Assembly (NCBI GenBank): GCA_002269645.1
Contig: NIVC01000738.1
Location: 372,001-436,000 of the forward strand
Direction of reading: 5' to 3'
Source: Macrostomum lignano
Taxonomy: Eukaryota
DNA length: 64,000 bases
Positions 37,901 through 50,039 of this stretch are shown in pieces; within the stretch, counting starts at the first letter, position 1, and each line of letters opens with the position of its first letter. The position numbers were made by a program, and so were the translations under genes. The notes below the pieces were generated by a model. The model ran no database searches. It was not told where the DNA came from and saw nothing but the letters and a program-made list of their open reading frames with translations.

Positions 37901-39985
37901 GATTACTGCACTCAATAAGCCAAGGATTATTGCTATTAATAAACCAAGGATTACTGCACTCAATAAGCCAAGGATTATTGCTATTAATAAACCAAGGATT
38001 AATGCACTTGGTTAATCAAGGATTATTGCTATTAATAAACCAAGGATTACTGCACTCGATAAAACAAGGACTATTGCTCCTGGCAAACCAAGGATTACTG
38101 CACTCAATAAGCCAAGGATTATTGCTATTAATAAACAAAGGATTACTGCACTCAAGAAGCCAAGGATTATTGCTATTAATAAACCAAGGATTAATGCACT
38201 TTATTAATCAAGGATTATTGCTATTAATAAACCAAGGATTACTGCACTCGATAAGCCAAGGATTATTGCTATTAATAAACCAAGGATTACTGCACTTGGC
38301 AAACCAAGGATTACTGCACTCGATAAGCCAAGGATTATTGCTATTAATAAACCAAGGATTACTGCACTTGGCAAACCAAGGATTACTGTACTCGATAAGC
38401 CAAGGACTATTGCTATTAATAAACCAAGGATTACTGCACTTGATTTATCAAGGATTATTGCTATTAATAAACCAAGGATTACTGCACTCAATAAGCCAAG
38501 GATTATTGCTATTAATAAACCAAGGATTACTGCACTCAATAAGCCAAGGATTATTGCTATTAATAAACCAAGGATTAATGCACTTGGTTAATCAAGGATT
38601 ATTGCTATTAATAAACCAAGGATTACTGCACTCGATAAAACAAGGACTATTGCTCCTGGCAAACCAAGGATTACTGCACTCAATAAGCCAAGGATTATTG
38701 CTATTAATAAACAAAGGATTACTGCACTCAAGAAGCCAAGGATTATTGCTATTAATAAACCAAGGATTAATGCACTTTATTAATCAAGGATTATTGCTAT
38801 TAATAAACCAAGGATTACTGCACTCGATAAGCCAAGGATTATTGCTATTAATAAACCAAGGATTACTGCACTTGGCAAACCAAGGATTACTGTACTCGAT
38901 AAGCCAAGGACTATTGCTATTAATAAACCAAGGATTACTGCACTTGATTTATCAAGGATTATTGCTATTAATAAACCAAGGATTACTGCACTCAATAAGC
39001 CAAGGACTATTGCTATTAATAAACCAAGGATTACTGCACTTGATTTATCAAGGATTATTGCTATTAATAAACCAAGGATTACTGCACTCAATAAGCCAAG
39101 GATTATTGCTATTAATAAACCAAGGATTACTGCACTCAATAAGCCAAGGATTATTGCTAATAATAAACCAAGGATTAATGCACTTGGTTAATCAAGGATT
39201 ATTGCTATTAATAAACCAAGGATTACTGCACTCGATAAAACAAGGACTATTGCTCCTGGCAAACCAAGGATTACTGCACTCAATAAGCCAAGGATTATTG
39301 CTATTAATAAACAAAGGATTACTGCACTCAAGAAGCCAAGGATTATTGCTATTAATAAACCAAGGATTAATGCACTTTATTAATCAAGGATTATTGCTAT
39401 TAATAAACCAAGGATTACTGCACTCGATAAGCCAAGGATTATTGCTATTAATAAACCAAGGATTACTGCACTTGGCAAACCAAGGATTACTGTACTCGAT
39501 AAGCCAAGGACTATTGCTATTAATAAACCAAGGATTACTGCACTTGATTTATCAAGGATTATTGCTATTAATAAACCAAGGATTACTGCACTTGATTTAT
39601 CAAGGATTATTGCTATTAATAAACCAAGGATTACTGCCTTCGATAAGCCAAGGACTATTGCTATTAATAAACCAAGGATTAATGCACTCGATAAGCCAAG
39701 GACTATTGCTATTAATAAACCAAGGATTAATGCAACCCGAACCAAGGATTACTGCACTCGATAAGCCAAGGATTATTGCTATTAATAAACCAAGGATTAC
39801 TGCACTCGATAAGCCATGGATTATTGCTATTAATAAACCAAGGATTACTTACTGCACTTGGCAAACCAAGAATTACTGCACTCGATAAGCCATGGATTAT
39901 TGCTATTAATAAACCAAGGATTACTTACTGCACTTGGCAAACCAAGAATTACTGCACTCGATAGCCAAGGATTACTGCGCTTGAT
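34998..39985. repeat. Satellite A, ~5-kb array
   Basis: 24-bp monomers with higher-order blocks. Confidence 0.97.
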
Positions 39986-40424
39986 AAGCTTGGCTACATG
40001 TATAGGATTATTTCTATCCAGGGATGCTTGCTATTTAGGGATTCTTGCTATGTGCAGGATGCTTGCTATCTGGAAGGATGCTTCTACGTTATTTGGGGGA
40101 TGCTTGCTATCTGGAAGGATGCTTCTACATTATTTGGGGTATGCTTGCTATCTGCAAGATGCTTGCTATCTGCAGATGCTTGCTATCTGCAGATGCTTGC
40201 TATCTGGGTAGATGCTTGCTAGGAGTATTAGGGGATGCTTGCTACTGGGGGGATGCTTGCTGTCTTGGGAATATTTTCTATTTAGGGGTAATGACTAAAA
40301 TTTATGAGAGCTAGCCTAGAGGTAAACAGACTAAACTGCTAAATGCAGGGACGATGGTTCAAATTTTTAGAGAGTAGAGTTTTTTTTAATTAAAGCTTTT
40401 TAACGCCAAGACAAAAAAAATTAT

Positions 40425-41560
40425 GGAAGCGTAATGTAAAAAATCATAGAATCGTTATGTAAAAAATCATAGAAGCGTCATGCAAGCAATCATAGAAGCG
40501 TAATGTAAACAATCATAGAAGCGTCATGTTAAAATCATAAAAGCGTCATGTAAACAATCATACAAGTGTCATGTAAACAATCATAGAAGCGTCATGTAAA
40601 AAAAATCATAGAAGCGTCATGTTAAAATCATAAAAGCGTCATAAAAAATCATAGAAGCGTCATGCAAGCAATCATAGAAGCGTAATGTAAACAATCATAG
40701 AAGCGTCATGTTAAAATCATACAAGCGTCATGTAAACAATCATACAAGCGTCATGTAAACAATCATAAAAGCGTCATGTAAAAAAATCATAGAAGCGTCA
40801 TGTTAAAATCATAAAAGCGTCATAAAAAATCATAGAAGCGTCATGTAAACAATCATACAAGCGTCATGTAAACAATCATAGAAGCGTCATGTAAAAATCA
40901 TAGAAGCGTCATGTAAAAATCATAGAAGCGTCATGTAAACAATCATAAAAGCGTCATGTAAACAATCATACAAGCGTCATGTAAAAAATCATAGAAGCGT
41001 CATGTAAAAATCATAGAAGCGTCATGTAAAAATCATAGAAGCGTCATGTAAACAATCATACAAGCGTCATGTAAACAATCATAAAAGCGTCATAAAAAAT
41101 CATAGAAGCGTCATGTAAACAATCATAGAAGCGTCATGTAAACAATCATAGAAGCGTCATGTAAACAATCATAGAAGCGTCATGTAAACTATCATAGAAG
41201 CGTCATGTAAAAATCATAAAAGCGTCATGTAAACAATCATAGAAGCGTCATGTAAAAATCGTAGCAGCGTCATGAAAAAATCATAGAAGCGTCATGTAAA
41301 CAATCATAGAAGCGTCATGTAAAAAATCATAGAAGCGTCATGAAAAAATCATAGAAGTGTCATGTAGAAATCATAAAAGCGTCATGTAAAAATCATAGAA
41401 GCGTCATGTAAAAAATCATAAAAGCGTCATGTAAACAATCATACAAGCGTCATGTAAACAATCATAGAAGCGTCATGTAAACAATCATAAAAGCGTCATG
41501 TAAACAAGCATAGAAGAGTCATGTTAACATAGAAGCGTCATGAAAAAATCATAGAAGCCT
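40425..41560. repeat. Satellite C array
   Basis: Tandem ~23-bp monomers. Confidence 0.95.
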
Positions 41561-42215
41561 CATATAAAAACTAATGAAAGTGTCATTTAAAAAATTAAGA
41601 AGCATCATGGAAGAATAAAAGAATCGTCATGTAAAAATCAAAAGAAGCGTCATGTCAGACATGAAAGAAGTGTCATATAAAAATTAAATGAAGCTATAGT
41701 GCTGTGTTGGGGAGAATTACTGAGATGTCAAGGCTCACCGAGAATAACTGAGATTACAGGGGGGTTTTTGAGATGTTAAAGCAAAAGTCAGAAGCTACTT
41801 CAAGTTCATGTACTTTACTTAAGTTTTTTTATTGCATTCTTTGTTGGCTCGCCACGGGGGGGGGGCGCTGATAGAAGAAGAGTCATGTAAAAAAGAAAAG
41901 AAGCACTATGTATACATAAAATAAAAGTCATGTCAAAGTTAAAAGATTCATTTGGGAATTGCTACGATGTCAAAGCTTGGAGGGAATCGTTATAGTGCTG
42001 TGATTCTTAAAGAAGGAATCATTTAAATGCCAAGGCTTAGGGAAGAAGAATTGCTGTGATTTCAAGGCTTTAGGTTGGGTGAAAGTTAGGTTTACGTCAG
42101 GTTTGGGTTGAGGGTTAGATTTTAGCGGGTTTCAAGGTTAACAGGGGATTTTTCAGATATCAAGGTTTATGGGGGGCATCGCTGACATGTCAAGGCTTAC
42201 GAGGGGAATCTATCT

Positions 42216-45200
42216 ATCTTGTGTGCGTGCTTTCAGCTTGATTGGCTGCGGCAAGCAAGCTCGAAAGAGCTCGCTTCGCTCGCTCTTTCTCGCTATCTAC
42301 TATCTATAGCCAGGACCTGCACCGGAGCGGTTACGAAAATTAGATTTCTCAGTAGTTGCACGTACTCTTTTGCACTACTTGAGTAGTCTGATTTTCGATC
42401 GGCATGGCTGGTTCCAGCAGGTAGTTCCTCTGGATAAAAGCGCTTACCGCGCCCATTGGCTTTCCAGCTGCCTTAATCGTTTCCGGTGATCTTGTGTGCG
42501 TGCTTTCAGCTTGATTGGCTGCGGCAAGCAAGCTCGAAAGAGCTCGCTTCGCTCGCTCTTTCTCGCTATCTACTATCTATAGCCAGGACCTGCACCGGAG
42601 CGGTTACGAAAATTAGATTTCTCAGTAGTTGCACGTACTCTTTTGCACTACTTGAGTAGTCTGATTTTCGATCGGCATGGCTGGTTCCAGCAGGTAGTTC
42701 CTCTGGATAAAAGCGCTTACCGCGCCCATTGGCTTTCCAGCTGCCTTAATCGTTTCCGGTGATCTTGTGTGCGTGCTTTCAGCTTGATTGGCTGCGGCAA
42801 GCAAGCTCGAAAGAGCTCGCTTCGCTCGCTCTTTCTCGCTATCTACTATCTATAGCCAGGACCTGCACCGGAGCGGTTACGAAAATTAGATTTCTCAGTA
42901 GTTGCACGTACTCTTTTGCACTACTTGAGTAGTCTGATTTTCGATCGGCATGGCTGGTTCCAGCAGGTAGTTCCTCTGGATAAAAGCGCTTACCGCGCCC
43001 ATTGGCTTTCCAGCTGCCTTAATCGTTTCCGGTGATCTTGTGTGCGTGCTTTCAGCTTGATTGGCTGCGGCAAGCAAGCTCGAAAGAGCTCGCTTCGCTC
43101 GCTCTTTCTCGCTATCTACTATCTATAGCCAGGACCTGCACCGGAGCGGTTACGAAAACTAGATTTCTCAGTAGTTGCACGTACTCTTTTGCACTACTTG
43201 AGTAGTCTGATTTTCGATCGGCATGGCTGGTTCCAGCAGGTAGTTCCTCTGGATAAAAGCGCTTACCGCGCCCATTGGCTTTCCAGCTGCCTTAATCGTT
43301 TCCGGTGATCTTGTGTGCGTGCTTTCAGCTTGATTGGCTGCGGCAAGCAAGCTCGAAAGAGCTCGCTTCGCTCGCTCTTTCTCGCTATCTACTATCTATA
43401 GCCAGGACCTGCACCGGAGCAGTTACGAAAATTAGATTTCTCAGTAGTTGCACGTACTCTTTTGCACTACTTGAGTAGTCTGATTTTCGATCGGCATGGC
43501 TGGTTCCAGCAGGTAGTTCCTCTGGATAAAAGCGCTTACCGCGCCCATTGGCTTTCCAGCTGCCTTAATCGTTTCCGGTGATCTTGTGTGCGTGCTTTCA
43601 GCTTGATTGGCTGCGGCAAGCAAGCTCGAAAGAGCTCGCTTCGCTCGCTCTTTCTCGCTATCTACTATCTATAGCCAGGACCTGCACCGGAGCGGTTACG
43701 AAAATTAGATTTCTCAGTAGTTGCACGTACTCTTTTGCACTACTTGAGTAGTCTGATTTTCGATCGGCATGGCTGGTTCCAGCAGGTAGTTCCTCTGGAT
43801 AAAAGCGCTTACCGCGCCCATTGGCTTTCCAGCTGCCTTAATCGTTTCCGGTGATCTTGTGTGCGTGCTTTCAGCTTGATTGGCTGCGGCAAGCAAGCTC
43901 GAAAGAGCTCGCTTCGCTCGCTCTTTCTCGCTATCTACTATCTATAGCCAGGACCTGCACCGGAGCGGTTACGAAAATTAGATTTCTCAGTAGTTGCACG
44001 TACTCTTTTGCACTACTTGAGTAGTCTGATTTTCGATCGGCATGGCTGGTTCCAGCAGGTAGTTCCTCTGGATAAAAGCGCTTACCGCGCCCATTGGCTT
44101 TCCAGCTGCCTTAATCGTTTCCGGTGATCTTGTGTGCGTGCTTTCAGCTTGATTGGCTGCGGCAAGCAAGCTCGAAAGAGCTCGCTTCGCTCGCTCTTTC
44201 TCGCTATCTACTATCTATAGCCAGGACCTGCACCGGAGCGGTTACGAAAATTAGATTTCTCAGTAGTTGCACGTACTCTTTTGCACTACTTGAGTAGTCT
44301 GATTTTCGATCGGCATGGCTGGTTCCAGCAGGTAGTTCCTCTGGATAAAAGCGCTTACCGCGCCCATTGGCTTTCCAGCTGCCTTAATCGTTTCCGGTGA
44401 TCTTGTGTGCGTGCTTTCAGCTTGATTGGCTGCGGCAAGCAAGCTCGAAAGAGCTCGCTTCGCTCGCTCTTTCTCGCTATCTACTATCTATAGCCAGGAC
44501 CTGCACCGGAGCGGTTACGAAAATTAGATTTCTCAGTAGTTGCACGTACTCTTTTGCACTACTTGAGTAGTCTGATTTTCGATCGGCATGGCTGGTTCCA
44601 GCAGGTAGTTCCTCTGGATAAAAGCGCTTACCGCGCCCATTGGCTTTCCAGCTGCCTTAATCGTTTCCGGTGATCTTGTGTGCGTGCTTTCAGCTTGATT
44701 GGCTGCGGCAAGCAAGCTCGAAAGAGCTCGCTTCGCTCGCTCTTTCTCGCTATCTACTATCTATAGCCAGGACCTGCACCGGAGCGGTTACGAAAATTAG
44801 ATTTCTCAGTAGTTGCACGTACTCTTTTGCACTACTTGAGTAGTCTGATTTTCGATCGGCATGGCTGGTTCCAGCAGGTAGTTCCTCTGGATAAAAGCGC
44901 TTACCGCGCCCATTGGCTTTCCAGCTGCCTTAATCGTTTCCGGTGATCTTGTGTGCGTGCTTTCAGCTTGATTGGCTGCGGCAAGCAAGCTCGAAAGAGC
45001 TCGCTTCGCTCGCTCTTTCTCGCTATCTACTATCTATAGCCAGGACCTGCACCGGAGCGGTTACGAAAATTAGATTTCTCAGTAGTTGCACGTACTCTTT
45101 TGCACTACTTGAGTAGTCTGATTTTCGATCGGCATGGCTGGTTCCAGCAGGTAGTTCCTCTGGATAAAAGCGCTTACCGCGCCCATTGGCTTTCCAGCTG

Positions 45201-46129
45201 CCTTAATCGTTTCCGGTGATCTTGTGTGCGTGCTTTCAGCTTGATTGGCTGCGGCAAGCAAGCTCGAAAGAGCTCGCTTCGCTCGCTCTTTCTCGCTATC
45301 TACTATCTATAGCCAGGACCTGCACCGGAGCGGTTACGAAAATTAGATTTCTCAGTAGTTGCACGTACTCTTTTGCACTACTTGAGTAGTCTGATTTTCG
45401 ATCGGCATGGCTGGTTCCAGCAGGTAGTTCCTCTGGATAAAAGCGCTTACCGCGCCCATTGGCTTTCCAGCTGCCTTAATCGTTTCCGGTGATCTTGTGT
45501 GCGTGCTTTCAGCTTGATTGGCTGCGGCAAGCAAGCTCGAAAGAGCTCGCTTCGCTCGCTCTTTCTCGCTATCTACTATCTATAGCCAGGACCTGCACCG
45601 GAGCGGTTACGAAAATTAGATTTCTCAGTAGTTGCACGTACTCTTTTGCACTACTTGAGTAGTCTGATTTTCGATCGGCATGGCTGGTTCCAGCAGGTAG
45701 TTCCTCTGGATAAAAGCGCTTACCGCGCCCATTGGCTTTCCAGCTGCCTTAATCGTTTCCGGTGATCTTGTGTGCGTGCTTTCAGCTTGATTGGCTGCGG
45801 CAAGCAAGCTCGAAAGAGCTCGCTTCGCTCGCTCTTTCTCGCTATCTACTATCTATAGCCAGGACCTGCACCGGAGCGGTTACGAAAATTAGATTTCTCA
45901 GTAGTTGCACGTACTCTTTTGCACTACTTGAGTAGTCTGATTTTCGATCGGCATGGCTGGTTCCAGCAGGTAGTTCCTCTGGATAAAAGCGCTTACCGCG
46001 CCCATTGGCTTTCCAGCTGCCTTAATCGTTTCCGGTGATCTTGTGTGCGTGCTTTCAGCTTGATTGGCTGCGGCAAGCAAGCTCGAAAGAGCTCGCTTCG
46101 CTCGCTCTTTCTCGCTATCTACTATCTAT
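42216..46129. repeat. 273-bp tandem array, ~14.3 nearly identical copies
   Basis: The ORF track recurs every 273 nt from 42349 to 45898; only isolated single-base variants seen. Confidence 0.98.
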
Positions 46130-46797
46130 CTATAGCTGAGATGTCAAGGCTCACGGGGGAATAAATGAGATGTCAAGGCTAATGTCAGAAGCTACATGTA
46201 GTTTATTGGAAAAAAGTTATTACATTATTTGTTGGCTCCTCACGGGAGGGATCGCTGATAGAAAAGGCGTAATGTAAAAAATAAAAGAAGCTTCATGTCG
46301 AAGTTAAGAGATTCATTTGGGAATCCCTACGATGTCGAGGCTTGCAGGGAATCGCTATAATGCTGTAGTAGTGCTATAATGACTCTTAGAGAGAATTACT
46401 GAAATTTCAATGCTTTAGGGTTAGGGTTAGGGTTAGGGTTAGGGTTAGAAAGTAGACAGATTTTTTAAGATTTCAAGGCTTATGGGAGCATCGCTGAGAC
46501 GTCAAGGGGGAGTTGATATGTTAAGGCTTGTGGGGGGGATTGCTGACATGTCAAGGCTTACAAGGGTACTGGTAGCGTACTGAAGCATACTGGTAGAAGT
46601 AGCTCTGAAAGAAGGCAAGTATTGTTGAATTTCAATGTCTGTTATAAAATTCTGCACAAGCATGTTTTATTGGTACATAAGCCTGGAATTAAAATGAGAA
46701 TTCGATTCCTAGCCCCCCTCCCTAAGAATTTTTTTTCATTTTAAAGGATTCGTTTCTTGCTTATTGGCCACCCCGAAGGGGGGCGCTAGATTGCTAG

Positions 46798-49448
46798 TCC
46801 AATATACTAAAAATGGTCTGTCGGTATGTGTGTGTGTGTATGTGTGTGTGTGTGATCGATTTTAGCAAAAACGGCTCAACCGATTTTCTTCGAACTTGCA
46901 CTGTTCGATCAGAAATTTTCCCGTGACAGTACATGCATCGTGGCTAAGAAATTGCTTGATGCTAAAGGGATTAAATATTCGAAAAACATGCTTTTTTGCA
47001 AAGGTCAAGCAGCTCTTTCGACTTGAAATGCATCGTAAGAATGCTAGCAGAAAAACTGACTGGTTGAATTCTGATTCTGAAATAGATTGCATCACAATAC
47101 ACTTTATTTATCGTCTGTGTACTGGCTGAATTTGACACTCAATTGAATTGCGTCACAGCTTTGAGTGTGAAAGCATAGCGCAGTACTGAATTTATATTAC
47201 GTAACCATATTGTAAACTTTCATAGACACAGGTACTGACTTGCCTAAGAAATTGATTATGTCATAACTGCTTCGTGAGACTTTTTACTCTACCTGACTTG
47301 GTGTGAGTGTTGAATTATATAAGTGGTACAACATCACTGATAACTTCGATGAGAGCTAGCCTAGAGCTGAACAGACCAGACTGCTAATGCAGCGACCTAG
47401 GTTCGAATCTAAGTAGTTTAAAAGTAGTAGTGTAAAATTTTTTATTAAAAGGTTTTATTAAAGGACTAAATAAAAACACTTAGATTACTGCACTCGATAA
47501 GCCAAGGATTATTGCTATTAATAAACCAAGGACTACTGCACTCGATAAACCAAGGACTATTGCTCTTGGCAAACCAAAGATTACTGCACTTGATTAATCA
47601 AGGATTATTGCTATTAATAAACCAAGGATTACTGCACTCGATAAACCAAGGACTATTGCTCTTGGCAAACCAAGGATTACTGCACTCAAGAAGCCAAGAA
47701 TTATTGCACTTGGAAAACCAAGGATTAATGCACTCGATAAACCAAGGACTATTGCTCTTGGCAAACCAAGGATTACTGCACTCAAGAAGCCAAGGATTAT
47801 TGCACTTGGAAAACCAAGGATTACTGCACTCGATAAACCAAGGACTATTGCACTTAATAGGCCAAAGATTACTGCGCTTGATAAACCAAGGATTATTGCA
47901 CTTGATAAACCAAGGATTATTGCACTTGATAAGCCAAGGATTACTGCGCTTGATAAACCAAGGATTATTGCACTTGATAAACAAAGGATTGTTGCACTTG
48001 ATAAACAAAGGATTATTGCACTTGATAAACAAAGGATTATTGCACTTGATAAACCAAGGATTATTGCACTTGATAAGCCAAGGATTATTGCACTTGATAA
48101 GCCATGGATTATTGCACTTGATAGTAAAGAATGTTGCACTTGATAAGCCAAGGATTAATGCACTGGATTATTCAAGGATTATTGATATTAATAAACCAAG
48201 GACTACTGCACTCGATAAACCAAGGATTATTGCTCTTAATAAACCAAGGATTACTGCACTTGGAAAACTAAGGATTACTGCACTCGATAAACCAAAGACT
48301 ATTGCACTTGATAAACCAAGGATTATTGCACTTGATAGGCCAAGGATTACTGCACTTGATAAACCAAGGATTATTGCACTTGATAGGCCAAAGATTACTG
48401 CGCTTGATAAACCAAGGATTATTGCAGTTGATAAGCCAAGGATTATTGCACTTGATAAACCAAGGATTATTGCAGTTGATAAGCCAAGGATTATTGCACT
48501 TGATAAACCAAGGATTATTGCACTTGATTAATCAAGGATTATTGCTATTAATAAACCAAGGATTATTGCACTAGCTGAGAAGCTGATTACTGCGCTGTCT
48601 AAAAAAGAGATTATTGCGCTCGCTGAGACGTGGATTGTTGCACAACCTGAGAAAGCGATTATTGCATTAGCGGAAGTAACATTTGCACTAGCTACTTGCT
48701 GTCTCGTGGATGCTTGCTCTCGAGGGGGGATACTTGCTATTTGGGAGAGGGGGTACTGGCTACATGCATGGGATTCTTTCTATCCAGGGATGCTTGCTAT
48801 TCAGGGATTCTTGCTATCTGCAGGATGCTTGCTATTTAGGGATTCTTGCTATCTGCAGGATGCTTGCTATCTGGGTGGATGCTTCTATAATATCTGGGGG
48901 GTGCTTGCTATCTGCAGAATGCTTCTATAATATCTGGGGGGTGCTTGCTATCTGCAGGATGCTTCTATAATATCTGGGGGTGCTTGCTATCTGCAGGATG
49001 CTTCTATAATATCTGGGGGTGCTTGATATCTGCAGAATGCTTGCTATCTGAGTGGATGCTTGCTATCTGGGTGGATGCTTCTATAATATCTGGGGGGTGC
49101 TTGCTAATCTGCAGATGCTTGCTATCTGTGGTGATTCTTGCTATGAGCATTAGAGGATGCTTGCTATCTGCGATTGTTCACTTTTGGAGGGGGTTGCTTG
49201 CTGTCTTGGGAATATTTTCTATTTAGTGAAACGATATTTTGTTGACTGTTTGTTAATTTTAGAGAAAAAGTGATTTTTTAATTTTGCAAACATCTTAGTC
49301 CGTGACAATTTTACACGAATAAGGTGATTTTTAAAATGTGAAGAAGGAATTAGTGTTTAAGAAAATGTGTTTTTTTATTGTTTTCCATGAACTATTTTTG
49401 CTCCTTTCTTATTGGGCGCCCCGAAGGGGGGCCGCACTAGATTGCTAG
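46798..49448 (+). mobile_element. Non-autonomous Helitron unit 4 (satellite A ~47482-48580, minisatellite B ~48705-49205)
   Basis: CTAG|TCCAATATACTAAAAATG junction; 3' CCCCGAAGGGGG hairpin and GATTGCTAG. Confidence 0.85.
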
Positions 49449-50039
49449 TCCTATATACTAAAAATGAAATGTCTGTGTGTATGTGTGAGATAGATTCCAG
49501 AAAAAACGGCTCAACCGATTTTCTTCAAACTTGCACCATTCGATCGGAAATTTTCCTGGGACGGTACATGCATCCTGGCTAAGAAATTTCTCAATGTTAA
49601 AGGGATTAAATATTCGAAAAACATGCTTTTTTGCAAAGGTCAAGCAGCTCTTTCGACCTAAAATTCATTGTAAGAATGCTAGAGAAAAAACAGACTGGCT
49701 GAATTCCGATTGTGATAAAGATTGCATCACAACAAGTTGAAAACAGTGCCGAAGAAATGCACACACGACTTGAATGAAATTGCGTAACCATATTGCTAAC
49801 TCAAATTGAGACTGATACTGGCTGACTGAGAAATTGATTATGTCATAACTTTTTACTCCAATTGACTTGCTGTAAGAATTGAATTATAAGGGCCACAATT
49901 CATGTTATCCAATTGAAAATAGATAGCCAAGATGCAAACAGACTGGAATGCTAATGTAGCGACCTGGGTTCGAATCTTAGTAGTGCAAAAATATTTTTTT
50001 ATCAAAACACCTTAAAAACACAAAACTGCTAAACATAAT

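Larger units (their letters stand above)
34355..46797 (+). mobile_element. Non-autonomous Helitron unit 3
   Basis: CTAG|TCCATATACTAAAAATG junction; 3' CCCCGAAGGGGGGCGCTAGATTGCTAG. Confidence 0.85.

Noticed and set aside
35628-39888. 675-aa and 732-aa ORFs, and similar ones in 22298-25362 and 47512-48574
   Set aside because: Artefacts of 24-bp satellite periodicity; non-ATG starts and pure repeat translation.
42349-46080. Fourteen identical 60-aa ORFs
   Set aside because: TTG start, no recognisable motif, explained by the 273-bp tandem repeat.
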